The notes below the pieces were generated by a model that worked only from the letters and a program-made list of their open reading frames with translations, did no database searches and had not been told where the DNA came from. This document shows positions 55,201 through 64,000 of a DNA stretch of 64,000 nt, one piece after another; positions within the stretch are counted from its first letter, which is position 1; the number at the start of each line of letters is the position of its first letter. Source of the stretch: Eledone cirrhosa (taxonomy: Eukaryota); NCBI GenBank assembly GCA_964016885.1, contig OZ024747.1:40672001-40736000 (forward strand), given 5' to 3'. A program made the position numbers and the translations under genes.

Positions 55201-55397
55201 AAGAATATATCTTTCTGAAAGAATCGCGAGCAATTTATAATGTTATCTAAGCATTTATAATGTTATTTATGTATATATTTATGTATATATTTAAAACATA
55301 TTTGTTATGTTATTCTACTGTAAATTTATTTATATACTTTGTATATATCATATATGTTAATATTTTCATTCCCATTTGTAACCTTATTTAATGATTA

Positions 55398-55756
55398 TTT
55401 AGGCGCGACGGTCAGACATCCCGTCTAATTGGATATAATATACAGGCTGTACATCATCAAACAAAAAGGAATATATCTCAAGATTATGTTATGTGAACCA
55501 TTTAATTAGAGCAAATTATAATATAGTTAATACATCAGTGCTCCTAGTTTGGGTAATTGTCAATCATCATATTATGCCGCGACCGCATGGTGTGATATCG
55601 CTGTTTGGTCGCTGCGTGGAAACACGTCTGTTCACTTCGAGGTATCACCGTCTAAGAGAGGTTGATTCAGCTACTGACGTCACAACGTGACGTCATAACT
55701 AAGGGCAGTTAATCGACTGCCTCCAAAGTCGACGCTAGGTGGCGTGAACTTTTACA
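55398..55756 (-). repeat. 3' LTR
   Basis: Highly similar to 59079-59424; carries an extra TGACGTCA-containing duplication near 55675-55697. Confidence 0.9.
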
Positions 55757-56099
55757 TGGCCCTCCACCAGATTTTTAGAAAAGTAAATAAAAATCGGTTG
55801 ATCGAATCATGTATGTAGAAAAACCGAGTAGCAACTAGCAAAAATCCCAAACCAAGGAGCAATCAGCCCAACCGAGCATGAAGGGCACAACAAATTTCAA
55901 AAGTACATATTAAACAAGCATGCAAGAACGTGAAACAGTTTTTTGGGCCAATGAACCCTCCGACCGGAACGGGTCGTAGTCTTATATCTTGGTGATAGGG
56001 GTGTGGGACGAAGAAGCAGGTGTGTGTGTGCGAAAGAAAAATACGGGGGCGTTTGTGGCTCAGGTGCGATAGCATCTGTGTCCAAATGTGCTCGTTTGA

Positions 56100-58520
56100 G
56101 TCTATCAATCTAAACCGTCTCTCTGGAACCCTTAATGTCTACAGTGAAATATTTCTCTGAACGAGCTAATACACGGTAGAGTCCAGAGTATAGTTGTGTG
56201 AGAGGTGGTTTCACAGCATCGTTTCTCAGAAACACGTGGGTTTACGAGGCAATATCCCTCGGGACTGCAGATTTTACAGTTTGCTGCCTCGTATACATCA
56301 TCGGCAGGTCCTGAAAATAAGAACGCAGACGGGATACGTACGAAAGCGGATCTTGTTCAGCAAGATCGACAGGGGCAAGCATTTGCCCAGGTAACGCTAG
56401 AGGAGCACCATATAACAATTCGGCCGGGAGAACCCAAGGTCCTCCTTTATTGTTGACCGAATCCCCAACAACACAATAGGGAGGTACTCGCTCCAACGCG
56501 CAGTGTCAGAAGTCCGTAGAGCGGCTTTTAGTTGTCCGTGGAAGCGCTCCACCATTCCATTAGAAGCAGGATGACATGCAGTCGTTCGGATGCGTTTAGC
56601 ACCGATGAGCTTCGTTAATTCATGGAAGAGGTTCGATTTAATTCCACGGTCCGTGGTAATTGACGTTGGTACTCCATATCGAGCAATCCATCCAGACACA
56701 AGGGCACGCGCTGTGGTCTCAGCAGTGATATCTTTCAAAGGGATGGCTTCAGGCCATCGCGAAAAACGATCGATTACAGTCAATAAGTAATTGTAACCAC
56801 CGCTGATGGGGCAAGGTCACCCGATGTCCACATGAATGTGGCGAAACCGGGCGTCTGGGTTACTAAAAGTACCAAGAGGAGTCTTAACATGTCTATGAAC
56901 TTTCGATTTCTGGCAAGCAACACAGGAACGGCACCAGACAGTAATTTCACGTCTCATATTTGGCCAGAAGAATCTAGCCGTTATGAGTTTTACTGTGGCA
57001 GAAGATCCAGGATGTGAAATGCCGTGTAAAACAAGAAACACAGTTCAACGATGGTTCAACGGAACAAAAGGGCGTGGCGCATCCAAAGAGACGTCGCAGA
57101 GGATCGGTCGGTCTGCGGTCGGTAAAGGTAGATATTTCATCCTGCAATTCACAAATTCAGGTGATGTAACATCCAACGATTCGAGGGTAGGCTGATCGGC
57201 TGCCAAGCGATTCAAATCTATGTCATCGGACGCCGAGATCGAAGTAATCGGCAAACGAGACAGGGCGTCGGCCGCTGTATTCATATAACCCGGAATATGT
57301 TGGATATCATTATTAAATTGAGAGATGAGGTCAAGATGTCTAGTTTCTCTAGGCGAGTATCTGTCGGCCTTTGCTTGCAAGGCGAATGTCAACGGCTTGT
57401 GATCCGTGAAGATGGTGAACGTTCTTCCCTCTAACATGTGCGAAAAATGCTTCACTGATAAGTATATTGTTAGCAACTCCCGTCCAAAAGTTCTGTAGCG
57501 GGTTCGGCAGGTTTCAGCTTCCTGGAGAAAAATTCCAACGGTTGCTGTTGATCGTTCCTACTTTGCTGCAAAACTGCGCCCACGGAAGTATCCGACGCAT
57601 CAACACAAAGCGAAAGCTTAGGTGTTAGAGGCTGGGTGAGCCAGAAAAGATGCATTGGCTAGAGAAATTTTCGCACTCTCAAAATCCTGGAGCTGAGTTT
57701 CATTCAAAGAAATGTCTCTATTTTTCTTTCGGCAATTTTTTAAAATTTCCGTCAAAGAGAAAAGTAGCTTAGCACAATTGGGCACAAACCGCCTATAAAA
57801 ATTAATCAGCCCCAAGAATTGGCGCAACTGACGAAGTGAGGTTGGTGGAGGCAAATCCTCTATAGCTTTAACTCTCTCAGGAATAGGTCGAATACCGTCA
57901 GCGTTAATGACGTGACCCAAAAAATTCAGAGATTCGGAACCAAAAACACATTTTGATGGACTAATCCGAATATTGTAATTCTTCAAACGACAAAATAGAA
58001 GTTCCAGATGGCGCAAATGTTGCTCTGGAGAAGAGCTCGCAACAAGGTCATCAATATACAAAGTCGAGGCCGCGAGTGACCTCATCCATAAATCGCTGGA
58101 AGGTTCTAGCAGTATTCCTTAACCCGAAAGGCATGGTGAGAAATTCAAACGACCCAAATGGCGTAGTTATAGCCGTTTTCGGGATGTCGTCTCTGTTGAC
58201 AGGAATTTGGTTGTAGGCTCGTATCAAATCGAGTTTCGAAAAAATGTTGCAACCGTGCAACGAGGATGCAAAATCCTGCAAATGAGGGATAGGATACCGA
58301 TCCGGTACGGTCATCGAGTTCAATCTTCTATAATCCCCAGTGGCTCTCCAATCGCCAGAAGATTTTGGCCCACGGGCTCGTGGAAGGACGAATAATTCCG
58401 AGCTGTAGCATATGATCGAACTCGGACCGTGCTGTTTTCAGTTTGTCCGCTGGCAATCGAGGGGGACGCGAAAAAACCGGAGCGCCAGTAGTAGTAATAA
58501 AATGCTCCGTCCGATTGAAT
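56100..58520 (-). pseudogene. Gypsy pol: RT, RNase H, integrase
   Basis: [91 protein letters not shown]. Confidence 0.93.
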
Positions 58521-58825
58521 TGCAAGCTGTCAACCAGTCAACAATCAGAACTTTTGGACAGATCTCGCTTCTGCTCCGAAATCGTCGGGATTTCAAATGG
58601 GTTTTCACTGTTGCTGATCTGCCATACCCGATTTTGGGCGCGGACTTCCTGCACCATTTTTCTTTGACGGTGGACGTCCATAACCAACGCCTAGTCGACG
58701 ATATTACTGGTTTTTCTTTTTGTGGCAGGACAGCGGAATTTTCTATAGTTAGCCCGACATTCTTCATTGCTAACTCCGGAAACTCATATCATTGATTGTT
58801 GAAATCGTTCCCGCAACTGACTCAT
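58517..58825 (+). pseudogene. Inverted Gypsy aspartic protease C-terminal segment
   Basis: LQAVNQSTIRTFG..FKWVFTVADLPYPILGADFLHHF.L.VD reads on +, opposite to the rest of pol. Confidence 0.8.
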
Positions 58826-59060
58826 GAAAATTTGGCGACCGCATACCATGCTATTTAGTTAAGGTCGGGAAAGACGGCTTCACGTGATACGCTGCATCCA
58901 ATCAGATGGCTGCATTTTGTAGAAGAAAGACAATTTGAGGGAATGTTGCTGGGCCAGTCAGCCATTGTGAAACATTTTTTAAATTTTTTTTGTGTTTTAG
59001 ACGAACAATTTTCAGTTTAAAGCGAATGGTGGAATTAAATAGGCTGCATTTTCATAATTA

Positions 59061-59077
59061 ATCGTCGAAGGTCACCA
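59061..59077 (-). promoter_or_regulatory. Primer-binding site, tRNA-Trp-like
   Basis: Minus strand TGGTGACCTTCGACG immediately inside the 5' LTR resembles the tRNA-Trp PBS TGGTGACCCCGACG. Confidence 0.65.
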
Positions 59078-59078
59078 C

Positions 59079-59424
59079 TTTAGGCGCGACGGTCAGACAT
59101 CCCGTCTAATTGGATATAATATACAGGCTGCACATCATCAAACAAAAAGGAATGTATCTCAAGATTATGTTATGTGAACCATTTAATTAGAGCAAATTAT
59201 AATATAGTTAATACATCAGTGCTCCTAGGTTGGGTAATTGTCAATCATCATATTATGCCGCGACCGCATGGTGTGATATTGCTGTTTGGTCGCTGCGTGG
59301 AAACACGTCTGTTCACTTCGAGGTATCACCGTCTAAGAGAGGTTGTTTCAGCTACTGACGTCAGAACTAAGGGCAGTTAATCGACTGCCTCCAAAGTCGA
59401 CGCTAGGTGACGTGATCTTCTACA
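59079..59424 (-). repeat. 5' LTR
   Basis: On the minus strand it begins TGTAG and ends CCTAA(A); followed by the PBS. Confidence 0.9.
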
Positions 59425-59479
59425 ATTATATTGGTTCTAGATCTTTCATTGACAACTTTCCAATGGATGATGTATTTAT

Positions 59480-59808
59480 GGCTCTTTACGTTCTGAGGTT
59501 AGCTTTGCCTTTCATCTTTACGGGGTCAATAAAATAAAAATACCAGTCACGCACTGAGGTCGGTTTAATCGACATTCATCTCCCCCGAGATTGTTGGCCT
59601 TGTGCCTAAATCAGAAACCATTATGTGAATTGGCAGTATCGGTAGAGGGTCGGACGCCATGCTTTGACGGATGGAGTTACGGCCCTTTCCATTCTCAGTT
59701 CAAATCCCGCCGAGGTTAACTTTGCCTTTCATCCTCACGGGGTCGATAAAATAAAGTACCAGTAATGCACTGGGTTATTGCAGGCCTTGTGCCAAAAGTA
59801 GAAACAAT
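59480..59808 (+). mobile_element. Two tandem tRNA-derived SINE copies
   Basis: A partial copy followed by a full copy, the same arrangement as 3860-4175. Confidence 0.8.
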
Positions 59809-59840
59809 TATATATATATATATATATATATTAGATAGTG

Positions 59841-60071
59841 GTGAAAATAGTGCCACCGTTGTATTTTTGACTAAGTAAATATTAGCCTAATAATTTTTAG
59901 TTATAAAAGCCCACAGAAATGGAAAAATGAATTAGCTTTAGCTCTGGCCACTATGCCCAGTGTGTTTCCATTACACTAATACGCCACTCACACATTTATT
60001 TTTCCATTTCTAACTCCAAATGATTAGGCTTATTTACTTAGTCAAAAATACAACGGTGGCACTATTTTCAC
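59841..60071. repeat. Nested inverted repeat next to (TA)n
   Basis: 41-bp perfect arms 59841-59881 and 60031-60071. Inner arms AGAAATGGAAAAAT / ATTTTTCCATTTCT. Confidence 0.8.
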
Positions 60072-61599
60072 TATCCAATTTCAAACTCTCCGTTGTTTGT
60101 AAACAAAAGCTGAAAAAGCTTTGTATCGTATATACATATATATGAGAAAGAGAGAGAGAAAGAGAGAGAGAGAAAGAGAAACAAGAGGTGAGAGAGAAAA
60201 AGGAGGTGAAAGAGATAGATAGATAGATAGAGAGAGATGCACACAAACACAAATTGTACTTGAAGTATCGGTGCAGCAAATATCACATTTTGTGTCCCGA
60301 TACTTAGCAAGGGTTTAACATAATAAAGTGAAACTTTTTTTGTTTCTATTAACGTTAACTAAAACTATTCACGAGATAAGACATATTGATAGATTAAGAC
60401 AGAGATAAATCTTTTACATTCTGAAAACGGTTTTATAGGAAAGAAATAGAATAAGTTCTACAACAATCCATCGTAAGGACCATTTGTACCGGAAAGTGAA
60501 ATGGCTTTACATAGAAAGCTAAACTGGGTTGTCTATTCTATTTAGCTTACCAAGAACCACATCTCTATTTATTCAATGTGTGTCTCTTATTTTATATTTG
60601 TTTTATTCATAACATTTCTTAAGTATAATTTACAAAATGATCAAATAAGATATATTTTCACCTGCTTTTTAAATATATATATTTTTTTATTATTGTAAAT
60701 GAGTTACAAAATGTTTGCAATTTGAAATATAACTGCATTATTTCTATTTTATATCCTCCGTTATTCATTTATTTATTTTCTTACACCTTTTAACGTCACT
60801 AGACTTATCATTTATGAATAAGGGTTTGTCCATTTTATAGGGTCTGAACTTCAACAACTGAACAGCTGAGTAAAATTCTTCAGTTTAAACGAAGTTTCAC
60901 TGACAATTTCTTGTTACATATTCTTTGTCTCTTTCTATCTCTCGCTCTAAATAACATCTACACTGATTTGAAAAATAACACTACAGTAATCGAAAGGAAT
61001 TTGATTTGGAGATAAATTTACTTTCTTACCTCGATGTGAACTCAATGGTTTATACATCTTTATGTTTAGTTATTGTATTTTAGGTGGTAAATAATATCAC
61101 AGTCATATACAAAGTAGATGTGTCATGTTTCCAAGTTAATTTCAATCTAAACAAAATTATTTATCGTTGCGTTCTCTAGAAATTCTCTTTTACATTTAGC
61201 AGTGAGATGTTCTTTTCAAATGTCGTTAGCACGAGACAGCGATACGTTGAACAGATATTCGGATAAAAATATAAATAAAGACTAATAAAGAAATATGAAA
61301 AATGTTTAAATGTGTGGTTGTATTGACAATAATACACATAAACGTATAGACAGATGTTTTCAAATACCAAATACACATACACACACATACATAAAAACAT
61401 AATAGACGCTTGCGTCGACTTCGGCATATTAATTTTGTCCGTATTCGTTGAAAATATTTTATCTACACATTGGAACAGCGTATAACTGATTGAGTAGTCC
61501 ATAAAGATTATAATTTTAACATAACAGAATCATGACAGTTTGACAAGGCTGGACCTTCAAATTACAGTCGCAGAAATATATAAAATAAGAAAATATTTT

Positions 61600-62460
61600 T
61601 AAAAAATTGAAAAGGAAGGAAAAAGCAATGCCTCTGGTGTCACGGAAGAATGTGGCGGGGGGGGGGGGGGGTGATTGGGCTCTGGGCCTGGCGGTAATGG
61701 GGCTGCACCCCGCAGACAAGACCGCTAAATCGTTCCCGCAGACTATGACCTGCAACACCTGCTGCAACAGCCACCCAATCTCGCGGGGCTCCTTCCTCAG
61801 GCGGCAACAAGACAGTGGGTGCAGGCCGAATTTGTCTACGACCACCCCGCAACGGCATTTATGTGACTCACACAAGTGGAGGCTGAGGCGTTGGGCCACT
61901 CCGATGCGAGTACACTCGTCATCAAGAAGGGTACCGTTTGATGAGGAGGGCACTGAATTGAGCCACGCGCCGCTGTTTGTCTGTGTAACGGAGCGGGGGT
62001 AGGTGAGGTGGTGTTGGTCCAAGCCGGACTCGATCCCGCTGAAAAAAGACCTGCATTTGATGTCCATGTTACGTTGGATATTTGTGTACTGGGGGACAAA
62101 GAGACATTTCGTCTATCCAGTCGGCCAGAACCTATTCAAGCTCTGGGGCCTCGTCAGGTTCGACCGTCTGGCTGAGAACCTCGCTGTCGAGAGCGCGACA
62201 GGAGGAAATTGAAGAAATGTAGGCAGTTAGAGCCAGATCCGAAGCTGATCGGAGGCCGAGGCCACTGAACCTCGCTGGGAGCTTCGCCTGTTGTCAGCCG
62301 GCGCTGTCGAAACTGAGATTTCAGATGAGTTCCGCACGGTCGAATGGTGGCGTCAAGTTCACCGAGAAGATCTGCCTGGGGGTGACAAGGTGTACCGCGC
62401 AGCGTGAACAAACATTTTGGGGAGGGCGAAGCAGTTCCTCAAGAGGAAGAACGCCGGGCA
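61600..62460 (-). mobile_element. CRE-like LINE 3' fragment, internally deleted
   Basis: SGAWLNSVPSSSNGTLLDD..RIGVAQRL..C..H.CRCG..GLHPLSC jumps straight to EPREIGWL, so the PD-D endonuclease core is missing. Confidence 0.75.
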
Positions 62461-62508
62461 GATTAAAAGTTTAAGTAAACAATTTCTGCTTTCATCCTAA
62501 AGCGAGAT

Positions 62509-62605
<97 letters not shown>

Positions 62606-62769
62606 ATTTGCTTTGCAAGGTTTTTGACATAAAATCGTGTGTTGAAACAAATATTGTATTATTTGGGGAGGAACAATATACTGTGTGTTTTATTTTCCTC
62701 TTCTGAAGAGTCAAAGTCTATTTAATTTTATGGATTAGGACAATGGAATTGATGAGTTAATATCTATAT

Positions 62770-64000
62770 ACAACAACTACAACGGTACGCGATGGGGCCC
62801 ACCCACAGCCCCGGCAGACAGAATGGAGAAGGCGTTTCCCCGGACGACGGCAAGAGAGACGCGCTGGAAAAGCCACTCCAACTCGCGGGGCTCACACCTG
62901 CGGCTGGCCAGCTCAGCGCCTATGGTGGTGAGTAAGGAGGTGGCCCTGGGGCCGAGGACACCAGAAGTCTCCACTGCCAGGGGTACGATCGCAAACCTGT
63001 CAGAGAGCGACCGGTATTTGAGGAGTTTGGCCCCCTGAGCCCAACGTGCAGCAGAACCTGGGTCAGTCGCAGACTGTACCAGGTTGTGGCTGCAGAAAGT
63101 GTCGGTGCAAGTGGCATCTCAGACGAGGGCTTTGCCACCGCGGAACGGGAAGATGGTCATGCCATCTGGCCTTTTGCCGTCCCCTCGATCCAGCCCCACC
63201 GGCTCGAGCTGGGAAGGGAAGCCTGCAGCGGTCAAGCCATGCTTAATGACCTCGTTGAGGGCAGCATGGCGTGGAATGCGGCCGGCACTGTGGCGACAGG
63301 AAAGCGGGTGGAGGCCGAAAGAGTCCACGGTGGAACCGCAGCGACATTGGTGTGGCTGGCAGATCCGGAGGCCGAGCCTCAGGGAAACGCCGATTCGCAG
63401 GTTATGGTTGTCTAGCTGCTTGCCAGTGGAGAAGGAGGGCAGGGAATGGAGCCAGGCACACTGTGGGGTTTGGAAACCGCACGAAAACAAGCAAGGCGGT
63501 GCTGGTCGAGCTGGCGCGTGAGTCTGTTTGAGGCCAGGCTGCACTGGATGGCATCCCAAGTGCGTTGGGAGGACTTGATGTCAACAGGGGGAGAAGGAGG
63601 AGGGACGTCTACTGGGCTAAGTCCCAGCCGGTCCCACGTCTCACAGGCGGCCTCACGTTCTCTGAATACAGAGGGTTCTGTTGTGTTTTGAAGAACCCTC
63701 TTGACGAGGACGCAGCACGACGTTACCGACGAAAGATACGCCGACAAAGCTAGTGAGATCGGGGACCGGAGGCCAAGGCCGCCATACCTGACAGGTAAAG
63801 TGGCCTGTTGCCAGCCTATGTCGTCAAACTTGACGTTTCATAGCCCCTCGGCTGCTGCTCGGATACAAGTATCGAGGTCAGCGAGGAGAGATGTCTGGGT
63901 GTAGCACAGAGCGCTGCGGAGTGTATAGAGGAGCTTCGGCATGGCGAAGCAGTTCCTCAGCAGAAAGAGAGCTGGGTGGCCTTCAATCAAGCCCAGGCGG
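62770..64000 (-). mobile_element. CRE-like LINE 3' half (continues beyond window)
   Basis: AWLHSLP, C.PH.CRCG..HPLSC, RH..LN, EP.GL...DGKRPDG..PF.GGK, ETSGVLG, LFQRVSLAVVRGNA. Confidence 0.85.

Larger units (their letters stand above)
55398..59424 (-). mobile_element. Ty3/Gypsy LTR retrotransposon, gag largely deleted, pol decayed
   Basis: Two LTRs, TSD ATTA(T), PBS at 59061-59077, purine tract GGTGGAGGG next to the left LTR. pol order is RT-RNaseH-IN. Confidence 0.93.

Noticed and set aside
62690-62760. CTGAAGAG as a hammerhead
   Set aside because: No downstream GAAA/UH arrangement.

Overview
Repeat-dominated, AT-rich animal genomic DNA. The SINE/RTE/microsatellite repertoire suggests an octopus-like cephalopod (inference). 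There is no long host CDS; the only host-gene signal is a candidate 38-nt minus-strand microexon (10822-10859), so most of the window may be intronic. Contents: a decayed RTE LINE with a PHD finger inside its RT, a 5'-truncated CR1 LINE with an open 641-aa RT frame, Penelope-like (GIY-YIG) elements, a hAT transposase remnant, several MITEs, tRNA-derived SINEs, an 11-kb 16-bp satellite, a two-LTR Gypsy element with an internally inverted protease segment, and three CRE-like restriction-endonuclease LINEs. The main unexplained structure is that many islands between (TA)n runs are fold-backs with both 3' ends pointing outward and a one-sided tail. At least six unrelated island families carry minimal type I hammerhead ribozymes with self-complementary stem III. 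This points to a (TA)n-targeting Penelope/retrozyme-like system. The IY/YI-repeat and LYFSLTLFF ORFs are repeat artefacts.
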